Shown: positions 19,455-29,644, counted from the first letter of the stretch. The stretch is 48,936 nucleotides of DNA from Gammaproteobacteria bacterium (GCA_050633765.1 JBOEHC010000073.1:1-48936), one strand, 5' to 3'. The notes: generated from the letters alone by a model not told the origin. A program made the numbers and translations.

Positions 19455-20654
19455 ATGGCTACGATATTTCTTGCACGTCAACCAATCTATAACCGCAAAC
19501 TAAGAGTTTCGGCGTACGAGCTTCTTTACCGCGATAAGGTTGCCGAGCAAGCCGAAGTGGTTGATGGGAATAGAGCCACTTCAGATGTGATTATCAGCGC
19601 ATTAATGGATATTGGCTTAGAGAACATTGTTGGTGATCAGCTCGCCTTTATTAATATGACACGTAGTTTTCTAGTGGGTGAATTGCCACTTCCTTTAATG
19701 AAAGAACAAATCGTTTTAGAGGTACTTGAGAATGATGTACCCGATGAGCAATTAATTTCCGGTTTAGAAGAACTAGCGAAAACGGGTTATCGAATTGCCT
19801 TAAACGATTTTATCTATACGCCTAAATTTGATCGGCTTTTAGAGATTGCGCAGTATGTAAAACTTGATGTCAGTATTTTAAGTGATAAAGACCTAGAAAC
19901 ACACGTAGCGTTACTGAAGAAGCATAATATTAAATTAATAGCAGAGAGAGTGGAGACTCATGATAAGTTTGAGCAGTGTAAAGATTTAGGCTTTGATTAT
20001 TTTCAAGGTTTCTTTTTCTCAAAGCCACAAGTAGTAATAGGTAAGCGTGTTGAAGGAAATCGAATGATTGTCCTTAAACTCATTTCTGAACTACAAAATC
20101 CATCGGTTAGTATGGATGAGCTTGAAAATTTAATTGGGCACGATGCAACGCTCGCCTATCACTTATTGCGTTATATGAATTCGGCATTCTATGCTTTACG
20201 TATAAAGATAGAATCTATAAAACACGCTCTCACACTGCTAGGAACGGAAGAAGTACGAAAATGGGCGAGTTTGATGTTGATGTTGAGACTTTCGGATAAG
20301 AAGCCGAAGGAATTAATGTTAACGGGAATGATGAGAGCTAAAATGGCAGAGCTTCTTGTACCAGCTAAAACAAATGCCAAAGCCGAACAGTATTTTGCAG
20401 TTGGATTATTTTCTGTTTTAGATGCACTGTTAGACATGTCACTACAAGAAGTGTTGGATACTTTACCGATAACAGAAGAAATGAATTCTGCATTATCTTC
20501 TCATTCTGGAGAAATGGGTGAGGTATTAAAGAATATTAAATTATACGAACAGGGGAGATGGGATGAGTTAATGAGCTTGATAGATCACTCTGCCTATCAA
20601 AAAGCATATCTTCAATCAATTAAATGGGCGAGTGAGTTAGGGGGCAATATCTAA
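19455..20654 (+). CDS. EAL + HDOD domain signal transduction protein (YuxH-like architecture)
   Basis: ARQPI, YELLYR, AFIN, VLEVLE, YVKLD, FDYFQGFFFSKP, then HDOD (LLRYMNSA, GLFSVLDALL). Confidence 0.9.
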   Translation: MATIFLARQPIYNRKLRVSAYELLYRDKVAEQAEVVDGNRATSDVIISALMDIGLENIVGDQLAFINMTRSFLVGELPLPLMKEQIVLEVLENDVPDEQLISGLEELAKTGYRIALNDFIYTPKFDRLLEIAQYVKLDVSILSDKDLETHVALLKKHNIKLIAERVETHDKFEQCKDLGFDYFQGFFFSKPQVVIGKRVEGNRMIVLKLISELQNPSVSMDELENLIGHDATLAYHLLRYMNSAFYALRIKIESIKHALTLLGTEEVRKWASLMLMLRLSDKKPKELMLTGMMRAKMAELLVPAKTNAKAEQYFAVGLFSVLDALLDMSLQEVLDTLPITEEMNSALSSHSGEMGEVLKNIKLYEQGRWDELMSLIDHSAYQKAYLQSIKWASELGGNI

Positions 20655-20676
20655 GCTAAGCCCAGAAGCTTTAAGC

Positions 20677-20973
20677 TTATAATAAGTTGAAGTTTCCAAT
20701 CAAAAAGGTAGTTATGTAAATCCCACATAAGCCAATTAAGGCTAATAAGGAAATGGTTTTGATCCAGTTGGACTTGCCGATCGAAATTCCACCCAAACTA
20801 AAAATCACACCAATCGCGGCGATTGCAAATGAAGCCCAGAATACAATATTCACGCATGAGGTTTGGCAACTGCGCCCATCGAACGTGCCGGATAATAGTT
20901 GCATGCCTAAAAAGATGGCTAATGCCCAGCTTACCAGCGCGCTTAAGAGTGATATTGATGTGTTAAGTGTCAT
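20677..20973 (-). CDS. small three-TM membrane protein, unknown function
   Basis: Three hydrophobic segments from ATG 20973 (MTLNTSISLL..); the longer 21111 start overlaps the BASS gene. Confidence 0.6.
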   Translation of the reverse strand: MTLNTSISLLSALVSWALAIFLGMQLLSGTFDGRSCQTSCVNIVFWASFAIAAIGVIFSLGGISIGKSNWIKTISLLALIGLCGIYITTFLIGNFNLL

Positions 20974-20998
20974 ATTTAAAAAGCTCGATTCACGTTTG

Positions 20999-21907
20999 TT
21001 AAGTTTTAGATTTCGACCATATTGTAGCAAGTATGGACCCAGATAGATTATGCCATATTGAAAAAACTGCGCCAGGAAGTGCGGCAATAGGCTGAAAATA
21101 TTGATAAGCAAGCGCCACGGCTAAACCTGAATTTTGCATTCCCACTTCAATTGCAAGTGTTTTTGATATTTTATGATCGTAACCAAGTTGTTTGCTGAAA
21201 AAATAACCTGATGCTAAGCCGACTAGGTTATGCAAGATAACGGCTATGACGACAGTCAGTGCAATGTTTTGCAGTGAATGTTGATTGCTGGCGATAATGA
21301 TAGCAATGATTAAACAGATGCTTAGTATCGAAACACTAGGGAATATTTTGATAACTGCTCTAAGCTTTGTGTTGAGCAAGTGATTAATCAACACACCAAG
21401 TGCGATAGGGAAAATGATGACTTTTAGCATGGTGATCATCATGTTGGTCACTGGTACTTCAACACTTTGTCCTAAATATAACCAAGCAAGCAAGGGTGTT
21501 GCGATGACTGCAAGAAAGGTTGAACAACTTGTTAAGGCTAGAGAAAGAGCAACATTACCTTTAGCTAAATAACAGATTACATTGGATGCTGTGCCGCCAG
21601 GGCAGGCCCCAACCAAAATCATTCCCGTGAGTAGTGGAATCGAAAGACCTAGAGATAAGCCAATTAACCATGCGCTTAAAGGCATGATTGTAAATTGCAG
21701 GATTAGCCCGATGAGTATGAGTATTTTTAGAGATAATAAATTTTTAAAGTCCTCTAACCTTAATGTGAGACCCATGCCTAGCATAACGATAGCGAGCAGA
21801 TAAATGATACTGGGCCGCATGGGAATAAAGTATTCGGGAAAATAAAATGCAACTGTACTAAATAGTATCGCCCAAACAGGAAATAAAAAATTAAAGCGAT
21901 GTAGCAT
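20999..21907 (-). CDS. bile acid:sodium symporter (BASS/PanS-like) family transporter
   Basis: MLGMGLTL, QFTIMPL, CPGGTASNV and EVGMQNSGLA motifs. Confidence 0.93.
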   Translation of the reverse strand: MLHRFNFLFPVWAILFSTVAFYFPEYFIPMRPSIIYLLAIVMLGMGLTLRLEDFKNLLSLKILILIGLILQFTIMPLSAWLIGLSLGLSIPLLTGMILVGACPGGTASNVICYLAKGNVALSLALTSCSTFLAVIATPLLAWLYLGQSVEVPVTNMMITMLKVIIFPIALGVLINHLLNTKLRAVIKIFPSVSILSICLIIAIIIASNQHSLQNIALTVVIAVILHNLVGLASGYFFSKQLGYDHKISKTLAIEVGMQNSGLAVALAYQYFQPIAALPGAVFSIWHNLSGSILATIWSKSKT

Positions 21908-21919
21908 GGAATGCAGAGT

Positions 21920-22261
21920 TTAGAGCTGTAAGTAGATTTGCTTATTTTTGATCGTAAAGGGGAGTGCTTGAAGACTTTGTGCTTTGCATGGACCATATAC
22001 ACATAAACCAGTATTTATTTCAAATAATGCTCCATGGTTGGCGCACATAATGTAGCGTTGATCTAAATCTAGAAACTGATCAGGGGTCCAATCTAAAGGG
22101 CCTTGAGTATGTGGGCATGAGTTCTTATAGATAGATATGCTTGCATCTTTTTTAACAATAAACAGATCAAGTTTTGTGCCATTATGATCGACACTCAGAC
22201 CTTTGCTACCCGGGTCAATGATGTCATCTACTGCTGCAATGGCTATTTCTTCTTGAGACAT
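21920..22261 (-). CDS. Rieske (2Fe-2S) ferredoxin-like protein
   Basis: CPH...CANHGALF..G.C..GPC. Confidence 0.9.
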   Translation of the reverse strand: MSQEEIAIAAVDDIIDPGSKGLSVDHNGTKLDLFIVKKDASISIYKNSCPHTQGPLDWTPDQFLDLDQRYIMCANHGALFEINTGLCVYGPCKAQSLQALPFTIKNKQIYLQL

Positions 22262-22326
22262 ATCGCTATATATGTTTTGCTGATCAAACTATGAAGAGGA
22301 CTCTAATAATCGAGCTATAGGTTACC

Positions 22327-22776
22327 ATGGAAGAAAATAAACTTTTTTCGACTTCTGATGAAGCAGAAAAAGCATTTTATGCAGCATTTCAACAGCAAGA
22401 TGTTGAGTTGATGATGTCTGTTTGGTCTGAAGGTGATGATGTTACTTGTATTCATCCTGGTGGCACCCGCTTAGAGGGGCAATCGAATATACGTGAAAGC
22501 TGGGAACAGATATTCAGGCATGAAAATGATATTAAATTTGAGATTAATCAAAAAAGAATTCAAATTGAAGAGCAAATTGCGATACATCATGTGATTGAAT
22601 CGATCTATATGGATGGTGAGCTTCAGTCAGAAATTATAGCAACCAATGTGTATCGTAAAAGTTATGATAGCTGGCATATTGTGTTGCATCATGCGTCACC
22701 AGAGCTAAGACCGGCAATTGATCAGCTTGAGTCTGAAGAAGAAATTCTAGAAGAAGAAACGAAAACGTTTCATTGA
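22327..22776 (+). CDS. NTF2/SnoaL-like protein
   Basis: AFYAAF..D...MMSVW, CIHPGG, ATNVY, WHIVLHHAS. Confidence 0.88.
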   Translation: MEENKLFSTSDEAEKAFYAAFQQQDVELMMSVWSEGDDVTCIHPGGTRLEGQSNIRESWEQIFRHENDIKFEINQKRIQIEEQIAIHHVIESIYMDGELQSEIIATNVYRKSYDSWHIVLHHASPELRPAIDQLESEEEILEEETKTFH

Positions 22777-22784
22777 TGATAGGC

Positions 22785-24482
22785 CTAATATATATAATAA
22801 AAAATTAGATACGCGCCGAGTAAGAATGCTACCCACATCACCATACTGCCGGTTGGCCAAGCTCGAGATAGAATTCCTTGTGGGCCATGATGCTTATGCA
22901 AACGTGCACCAGTAATAAAAAGTATCTTTTTCAGACCAGATAGAATTCCTTTTTCACTCATAACAATCAAATTTCCTAACCCTCTTACCAGGTAAGCACC
23001 TGGTTTTAGGTAGAACCAATCGAAATCTAAATTGGTAGCCCGAATCTCGGCGGGATAAAAGTTGTTGCGATACAAGAAAACAAAAGCAAGAGCAGAAAAC
23101 AGAAGTAGCTGCAGCTGCGTTATGACATGTGATGCGGTATAAGGTATGAAATTTACTTCATGCGGTAATACGTCATATAAAAAGCTCGGATATACCCCGA
23201 TGATGATGCACAACGATGCGGCTAAACCCATTGCTAACAACATATTGATAGGCGCTTCTGCACAACGTTTACCACTATCATGTGCGAAAAAGCTAAAGAA
23301 CGGTACTTTAATACCGGAATGATCTAATACACCTGCTGATGCAAATAATAAAACTAACCAAATTAACCAATAGCCTTCATCTGCAACTGCGGTAAGGATC
23401 ATCGCTTTAGAAACAAAACCACTTAGCAATGGGAATGCAGAAATGGACATTGCGCCGACAATACAAAAGCCTGCAGTCCATGGCATAGATTTATATAAGC
23501 CCCCTAATTCAGAAGCCTTGGTAGTGCCGACACGATATAACACAGCACCCATGCTCATGAATAACAAAGCTTTATATAATATATGTGCAAAGGCGTGAGC
23601 CGCTGTTCCGTTAAGCGCCATCTCGGTACCGATTCCTACACCAACTACCATAAATCCAAGTTGGTTGTTTAAGCTATAGGACAATACGCGTCGCAAGTCA
23701 TTCTCAATGACAGCAAAAAAGATAGGAAAGGCTGTCATAACCGCGCCAATCCAAATCAACATTTCGGTACCAGGGTAGCCGCGTGCTAAGGCGTATACCG
23801 CGAGCTTTGTTGTGTAAACCGAAAGCGCTACAGTGCCGACGACGCTGGCTTCTGGGTAGGTATCTTGCAACCAATTATGTAATAGAGGAAATGCACATTT
23901 GATTGCAAAGGCAATCAGAATTAACCAACCCGCCAAAGTATCGATACCTATATAGTCAAATGCTAGAGAGCCAGTGTTTTGATAATGCAGAATACTACCG
24001 ACTAATAAAAATAAACCTGAGGTTACATGGATGATGAAGTAGCGTTTCCCTGCACGCATTGCACCCGTAGTTCTATTAGCCCAAATTAATAATGCAGATG
24101 AAACTGCTGTAACTTCCCAAAAAACAAATAAAGTAAGTAAGTCACCTGCCAACACTGCGCCTATTGCAGCACCTGCATAAATAAACATGCTAGCAAGTTG
24201 TAGAGAATCTTTTTCTTGCCAGGCATATAGCGCAACAATAAATAATGCAATATGGAATATTAGTGCGAAGATAAAACTTAAATTATCAATGCGTAATAGT
24301 GTTAATTCGTAGTGAAAAAGTTGTATATGACCATAAGTCCCAGGCTCTATACTTAATAACGAGCATGCCGCTAGAATAGGCAATGCCAGTAGAAATATTC
24401 TACGTAGCTGTGTGGGAAGAATGGTTTGTAGCAAACCACCAAAAATTAATATCAACGCAGGGTGTAAAAGAGTGCTAGTCAT
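22785..24482 (-). CDS. Mrp-type Na+/H+ antiporter subunit D-like (third copy)
   Basis: Proton_antipo_M features: FVFWE, PLLHNWLQDTYPEA, RVLSYS..NQLG, HILYKALLF. Confidence 0.88.
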   Translation of the reverse strand: MTSTLLHPALILIFGGLLQTILPTQLRRIFLLALPILAACSLLSIEPGTYGHIQLFHYELTLLRIDNLSFIFALIFHIALFIVALYAWQEKDSLQLASMFIYAGAAIGAVLAGDLLTLFVFWEVTAVSSALLIWANRTTGAMRAGKRYFIIHVTSGLFLLVGSILHYQNTGSLAFDYIGIDTLAGWLILIAFAIKCAFPLLHNWLQDTYPEASVVGTVALSVYTTKLAVYALARGYPGTEMLIWIGAVMTAFPIFFAVIENDLRRVLSYSLNNQLGFMVVGVGIGTEMALNGTAAHAFAHILYKALLFMSMGAVLYRVGTTKASELGGLYKSMPWTAGFCIVGAMSISAFPLLSGFVSKAMILTAVADEGYWLIWLVLLFASAGVLDHSGIKVPFFSFFAHDSGKRCAEAPINMLLAMGLAASLCIIIGVYPSFLYDVLPHEVNFIPYTASHVITQLQLLLFSALAFVFLYRNNFYPAEIRATNLDFDWFYLKPGAYLVRGLGNLIVMSEKGILSGLKKILFITGARLHKHHGPQGILSRAWPTGSMVMWVAFLLGAYLIFYYIY

Positions 24483-24720
24483 AATAGTCCTCTTTGCGTT
24501 TAATAAACTTACGCAGAAACTTTGCGCTCATGACAATGCTGATATAAGCCAGGAAACCAAACCATGCATAAAAACCGAACCATTGTTCAAAATCAAAATG
24601 GCCATGCTTGTGGTAAAACAATTCAACAATTAGTAAGGCAATGCAGGCTGCATAAAGAACGTAAACAATTTTGTTTACGTTTTTAGTTTGGTCAAGCCAA
24701 TATTTTTTATTTCTATCCAT
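24475..24720 (-). CDS. small two-TM protein within the mrp operon
   Basis: 81 aa, overlaps both neighbours by 8 bp; C-terminal KRKEDYYD. Confidence 0.8.
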   Translation of the reverse strand: MDRNKKYWLDQTKNVNKIVYVLYAACIALLIVELFYHKHGHFDFEQWFGFYAWFGFLAYISIVMSAKFLRKFIKRKEDYYD

Positions 24721-26188
24721 TATTTTGAATAAATACCGGTGCTAAGAATTCATAAATTGGCTGAATGTAAAAAAACATTAATAGTGTGGCAAATGCTGTG
24801 AAACATAATGGCACTACGCAAGCAAGAGGTGCTTCTTTAATTCCAGGTTGCCAATCATTTAAATTTTCTCCTGGTGACTTAAAAAATGCACGTAATGCTA
24901 TAGGCAGTAAATAAGCGCAATTAAGTAATGTGCTTAAGCCAAAAGCAATCAATACAATATAATTTTCTGTACTAATGCTGCCCTCAATGAGAAACCACTT
25001 ACTCCAGCTACCAACTAGAGGTGGTAGTCCAATAATGCTGATGGTTGCAACTAAATATGCCGTAAAAGTAAATGGCATGTGTCTACCTAGCCCATCAAAT
25101 TGACTTACCTGAGTAAACTTTGTTGCGGTGTACACTGCACCTGCACAAAAGAATAAAGTAATTTTCCCAAATGCGTGAGTCAGAATATGCATTGCTCCAC
25201 CTAACGCAGCAATAGGACTAGCTAATGCGGCTCCTATTACAATATAAGACAACTGACTGATAGTTGAATAGGCAAGTCGTGCCTTAAAGTTATCTTTGCT
25301 TAGTGCGATGACGGATGAAATTAACATCGTGGCTACTGCAATCCATAATATCCACTCTGATGCATTGGCTGTGGAAACAAAGTCTATTCCAAATATATAT
25401 ACGGTAATTTTCAATACCGAGAATACCCCAGCCTTTACTACCGCAACGGCATGTAGCAGCGCGCTGACTGGCGTGGGTGCAACCATAGCTGCCGGCAACC
25501 AGCGGTGAAAAGGCATCAATGCAGCTTTGCCTACACCAAACATGAACAGGGTGAATAGAATGATGGCGCCGGTTTTTTCAATATTGCCTTGCAGGATGCC
25601 GCCTGGCACGAAATTCAAGCTGCCCGCTTGTAACCAGGTGACTACAATTGCGGTTAAGAAAAATACAATAGAGGTACCGAGTAAAATTCCTAGATAAGTA
25701 CGTCCACCGGATTGAGCATCAGCGTTTTGTTTATGTGTAACTAATGGGAAGGTGCATAAAGTTAAGGCTTCATAAAAAATAAACAAGGTAGCTAAATTAG
25801 CTGCAAAGGCGATGCCCATGGTGGCAGCGATAGAAAATGCAAAAAACAGGTAAAAGCGTGTTTGATGTTTTTCTTTATTGCCCCGCATATAGCCTATTGA
25901 ATATATCGTGGTAATTATCCATAAGCTTGATGCCAGCAACGCGAACATTAAGCCAAGTGGCTCAATATGGAAAGCTAAAGAAAGCCCGGGTGTGATGGTA
26001 AACCAGGTGTGTGTGATGTCTTGCTGTTCGCTACCTATTAGTTGCGCTGTAAAGATAAATAATATGATCGCGACAAGCAAAGAAGAAGCTTCACGCAATT
26101 GCGCGTGATTACGAAACACTATAATTAGTAAAGCTGCCAATAAAGGAATGGCAATGGCTAATTCAAAATGTTGTAAAAATTCTGTCAT
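24713..26188 (-). CDS. Mrp-type antiporter subunit D-like (second copy)
   Basis: FIFYE, PFHRWLPAAMVAPTPVSALLHAVAVVKAG, LAYSTISQLSY. Confidence 0.9.
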   Translation of the reverse strand: MTEFLQHFELAIAIPLLAALLIIVFRNHAQLREASSLLVAIILFIFTAQLIGSEQQDITHTWFTITPGLSLAFHIEPLGLMFALLASSLWIITTIYSIGYMRGNKEKHQTRFYLFFAFSIAATMGIAFAANLATLFIFYEALTLCTFPLVTHKQNADAQSGGRTYLGILLGTSIVFFLTAIVVTWLQAGSLNFVPGGILQGNIEKTGAIILFTLFMFGVGKAALMPFHRWLPAAMVAPTPVSALLHAVAVVKAGVFSVLKITVYIFGIDFVSTANASEWILWIAVATMLISSVIALSKDNFKARLAYSTISQLSYIVIGAALASPIAALGGAMHILTHAFGKITLFFCAGAVYTATKFTQVSQFDGLGRHMPFTFTAYLVATISIIGLPPLVGSWSKWFLIEGSISTENYIVLIAFGLSTLLNCAYLLPIALRAFFKSPGENLNDWQPGIKEAPLACVVPLCFTAFATLLMFFYIQPIYEFLAPVFIQNNG

Positions 26189-26191
26189 AGT

Positions 26192-27700
26192 TTATAAAAA
26201 TAAAGCATTTATAGCAGAGCTGGCGAAGCCATAGCTAAATGAAGTATCCAGCCCAAAATAAAAGTTTGCTGCAACTAATAACCATAGTGGTATAAGCATT
26301 TGTAGAGGTGCTTCAACACGTTCTTCGGAATATTTTTCAGCATGTTTGGTAGGGCTTCGTAAATAAGCATATTCAACTATTTTCCATATATAGATTATTG
26401 CTAGTAAAGATCCGCCTACGATAACCGCCGCAGCTAACCAATTATTTTGTTCAAGTGCGGCAATGAGCAAATACCATTTACTGATAAAACCAGCTGTAAA
26501 GGGCACCCCAATTAACCCTAACCCTAATAACAGTACCGCAGCCATGGTCCATGGCATACGTTTTCCAAGTCCTGCAAAATTATTCAGTTGTACAGAGCTT
26601 GTGCGCAACACTATGCATGCCATAGCTAAAAATAAACCACCTTTGATTAGCGCATGATTGAACATATGCAGCATTCCAGCAATGCTGCCACTTTTAGTTG
26701 CTAAGCTTATGCCTAATGTCATGTATCCAATTTGTGCCACACTTGAATAGGCAAACATTCTTTTAATGTTGTCTTGAAAGATTGCTACCGATGATGCGAT
26801 TAGAATAGCCAATATAGAGAGTGGCATTAAAATTTTATCAAGCTGAAATTCTTCAAAAGTTATTTCGTTTGAAAATAATCCAAAGAAAAATCTAAATAGA
26901 ACATAAAGCGATACTTTTGTTGCGGTGGCAGATAAAAATACCGTAATCATCGAGGGCGCATATGCATATGCATTAGGCAACCATAAATGTAATGGTAATA
27001 AGGCAAGCTTAAGAGAGATACCAACCGTAAAAAAAGCGAAAGCTGCGTGCAAGGCTCTTGAAGAAAGCAATTCGGGTACTTTTTGCTGTAAATCAACAAT
27101 ATTTAACGTTCCGGTGAGCATGTAGAGTAAGCCGACGCCGATTAATATAAAGGTTGCACCAATAGTGCCCATGATTAAATATTGATAAGAAGCGGTAAGC
27201 GCTTTGCGATTGCTGCCTAGCGCAATAAGTACATATGAAGATAGTGAGCTGATCTCTAAGAATACAAATATATTAAAAGCATCACCGGTTGCGACAATAC
27301 CTAGTAATCCTGTTAGACAAAGTAAAAAAGCAGAATAAAATAGACTGATTTTTTCATGTGCAATTTCTTGTTCGATACTCTTTTTAGCTGCGAGCATTGT
27401 GATGCTTGCGATAGCTGTAACGATAAGTAGTACGTATGCACCTAAGCTATCAATACGATATTCAATTCCCCATGGCGGTGCCCAGCCTCCAAGTTGATAG
27501 CTAATTGCACCACGTTGAGAAACCTCAATGGCAATAAGCAGGGCAATAACGAAGGTTGCAAGGCTAACAATGGTTGCAAATAGCCAGGCAAGTGTATTGC
27601 CAAGGTTATTTCCTGAACGTGCAAGCGGGAGTAGCGCGCATAGTGGTGCAGATATTAATGGCACTACAACTTGTAATACGGCGAGATGTTCGGCTAGCAC
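26192..27700 (-). CDS. mrpD: Mrp-type antiporter subunit D
   Basis: FNIFVFLEI, PLHLWLPNAYAYAP, KRMFAYSSVAQIGY; GTG start overlapping the mrpC stop. Confidence 0.9.
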   Translation of the reverse strand: MLAEHLAVLQVVVPLISAPLCALLPLARSGNNLGNTLAWLFATIVSLATFVIALLIAIEVSQRGAISYQLGGWAPPWGIEYRIDSLGAYVLLIVTAIASITMLAAKKSIEQEIAHEKISLFYSAFLLCLTGLLGIVATGDAFNIFVFLEISSLSSYVLIALGSNRKALTASYQYLIMGTIGATFILIGVGLLYMLTGTLNIVDLQQKVPELLSSRALHAAFAFFTVGISLKLALLPLHLWLPNAYAYAPSMITVFLSATATKVSLYVLFRFFFGLFSNEITFEEFQLDKILMPLSILAILIASSVAIFQDNIKRMFAYSSVAQIGYMTLGISLATKSGSIAGMLHMFNHALIKGGLFLAMACIVLRTSSVQLNNFAGLGKRMPWTMAAVLLLGLGLIGVPFTAGFISKWYLLIAALEQNNWLAAAVIVGGSLLAIIYIWKIVEYAYLRSPTKHAEKYSEERVEAPLQMLIPLWLLVAANFYFGLDTSFSYGFASSAINALFL

Positions 27701-28077
27701 TAGGAGCTTGCCTCATTATCGTCTTCATATTCTTCTTCGTCTTTTGCATGAATGATGTTTTCATCTACTGTGCCATATGCGCGATGGATACGTGCAATGA
27801 TGGCAAGCCCTAATGCAGTGGTTGCTACTCCCACTACAATGGCGGTTAGGATTAAAACATGTGGCAAAGGGTTTGAATAAGTTGAAATGCCTTCGGCGAG
27901 AATGGGGGCAGTGCCACCTTCAACTTTACTCATAGAAATGAATAAAATGAAAACGGAGGTTTGAAAGATAGTCAATCCAATTATTTTTTTAATCAGGTTG
28001 GCATCAGAAATGACAATATAAAAACCAAGCATCATAAGAATGATGGCTACCCAATAATTATAGTAATCAGCGAACAT
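27700..28077 (-). CDS. mrpC: Mrp antiporter subunit C
   Basis: NLIKKIIGL, NPLPHVLILTAIVVG. Confidence 0.92.
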   Translation of the reverse strand: MFADYYNYWVAIILMMLGFYIVISDANLIKKIIGLTIFQTSVFILFISMSKVEGGTAPILAEGISTYSNPLPHVLILTAIVVGVATTALGLAIIARIHRAYGTVDENIIHAKDEEEYEDDNEASS

Positions 28078-28080
28078 TAT

Positions 28081-28503
28081 TTATTCAGCGTACTCATCCA
28101 GCATATAGAAGATCATAATCATTACCGCGGCTACAGTAATGCCAACGCCAAGTTCAATAAGAAAAATACCAAGGTGTTGGCCGTGTAGGGGATCATGCGC
28201 TAAAACATTGTAATCTAGATAATTACCACCCATAAATAATGAAGCTACACCGACGCCTGCATAAAGTAGTAAGCCAAATGAAATGAAATAACGTACAACA
28301 GATGTAGGAAAAATTTTCTGTGCTTTTACTCTGCCATGTACCATTGCATAGAGGATGATTCCTGCCGCAAAAATCACTCCGGCCTGAAATCCACCGCCAG
28401 GCCCATAGTCTCCGTGAAATTGCACATAGAAGGCATACAGCAACACTGCTGGAACCACCAAATTACAAGCTTCGCGTAGTATTAAACTGGTTTTACTTTT
28501 CAT
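28081..28503 (-). CDS. mrpB: Mrp antiporter subunit B
   Basis: HGDYGPGGGFQAG motif; start probably ATG 28503 (28527 also possible). Confidence 0.9.
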   Translation of the reverse strand: MKSKTSLILREACNLVVPAVLLYAFYVQFHGDYGPGGGFQAGVIFAAGIILYAMVHGRVKAQKIFPTSVVRYFISFGLLLYAGVGVASLFMGGNYLDYNVLAHDPLHGQHLGIFLIELGVGITVAAVMIMIFYMLDEYAE

Positions 28504-29041
28504 TGTCTTTATGTTTTCTTGTTCCACCGAGTAATAGCATTACACCAATGGCAGCGGTAAAGACCACCGTGACTTCACCTAAAGTGTCGTAACCACGGTA
28601 ACTAGCAAGCACTGACGTTACAATGTTTGGAATACCAATTTCTGTGCCACTCATTTCTATATATCGTGGTGCGACATGTGTATGAATCGGTGCCATCGGG
28701 TCACCAAAAATTGGCATATCGAGTGTGCCATAAATCAATGCCGCAGCAGTAATAGTAGTAACAGCGATAGGTAGAATTTTGCTATGGCGCGTAACAGATT
28801 GTTCTCGACCAGTAATAGCCACTGCGCCAAGTAATAAGACAGTAGTGAGCCCAGCGCCTACCGCGGCTTCAGTAAAGGCAACATCCACTGCATCAAGACT
28901 GACAAAGAGTCCGGCAGATAGAAGACTATAAATACCGCTTAATAGTATGGCAGCTAATAAATTTTGTAAGCGTAGTAATATAATCGCTGTTACCGCTAGT
29001 AGCGTTAATAATGAAATATTTACGATAGTTTGTATGTCCAT
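28493..29041 (-). CDS. DUF4040/MrpB-related subunit (corresponds to the C-terminal part of MrpA)
   Basis: AVDVAFTEAAVGAG and NIVTSVLASYRGYDTLGE motifs. Confidence 0.88.
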   Translation of the reverse strand: MDIQTIVNISLLTLLAVTAIILLRLQNLLAAILLSGIYSLLSAGLFVSLDAVDVAFTEAAVGAGLTTVLLLGAVAITGREQSVTRHSKILPIAVTTITAAALIYGTLDMPIFGDPMAPIHTHVAPRYIEMSGTEIGIPNIVTSVLASYRGYDTLGEVTVVFTAAIGVMLLLGGTRKHKDNEK

Positions 29042-29064
29042 AAAAATATTAAGCGGAGATTGAT

Positions 29065-29364
29065 TTAATCATCATAAGTTGTTCCTTTCTCGCTGAGCTT
29101 GGCAGCACGAGCAAGAGCATGTACAGCTGTGGGGCCAGTTAACATCATAAAAAATAGAATAAATAAAAGTTTTACAATTACTAGCCAGTCTTGCGTCTGT
29201 GTAATGAGTCCAATTAGGATAAGAATGGCGCCTAAACTATCAACAATACTTGCAGCATGAACCCTAGAATAAAAATCAGGTAAACGAATTAATCCTATTG
29301 AGCCCACTAAGCAAAAAAAACATCCTGAAATTAGAAAAAACCAACCTAAAATAGTTATTAGCAT
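29065..29364 (-). CDS. mrpG: Mrp antiporter subunit G
   Basis: GLIRLPDFYSRVHAAS, TGPTAVHALARAA. Confidence 0.92.
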   Translation of the reverse strand: MLITILGWFFLISGCFFCLVGSIGLIRLPDFYSRVHAASIVDSLGAILILIGLITQTQDWLVIVKLLFILFFMMLTGPTAVHALARAAKLSEKGTTYDD

Positions 29365-29367
29365 AGA

Positions 29368-29637
29368 TTACTCGTCTAGGCTCTTACCTAAGTTGCCATA
29401 ACGAAATAGCTTTAGCACAGCAATGGTAGACACAAAATTTATTAACGCATATAACAGTGCGATATCCATAAAATCAGGTCGATCAGTTAAAAATCCAAAT
29501 AAGGCAATGAGCAGTACGGTCGCAGTGCCAAATGTATTTATGGCTAAGATTCGGTCGAACACACTCGGGCCTAATGCTGCACGTAGTATGAGAATGAGCA
29601 TAACTACAATTATTGCAATGGTGGAAGCTATAAACAC
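29368..29637 (-). CDS. mrpF: Mrp antiporter subunit F
   Basis: GPSVFDRILA, DIALLYALINF. Confidence 0.92.
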   Translation of the reverse strand: MFIASTIAIIVVMLILILRAALGPSVFDRILAINTFGTATVLLIALFGFLTDRPDFMDIALLYALINFVSTIAVLKLFRYGNLGKSLDE

Positions 29638-29644
29638 TTATATA

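Noticed and set aside
19049-19456. Minus-strand ORFs 19049..19456 and 19078..19320
   Set aside because: Antisense to a gene with a good RBS and signal peptide; they read through the palindromic repeat and are probably artefacts
20974-21111. N-terminal 46 aa of ORF 20677..21111
   Set aside because: Overlaps the BASS gene in another frame; ATG 20973 gives a clean non-overlapping membrane protein
22040-22068. dif-like sequence GGCGCACATAA-TGTAGC-GTTGATCTAAAT
   Set aside because: The XerC-arm resemblance is explained by the Rieske coding sequence (YIMCA on the minus strand) and the XerD arm does not match TTATGTTAAAT
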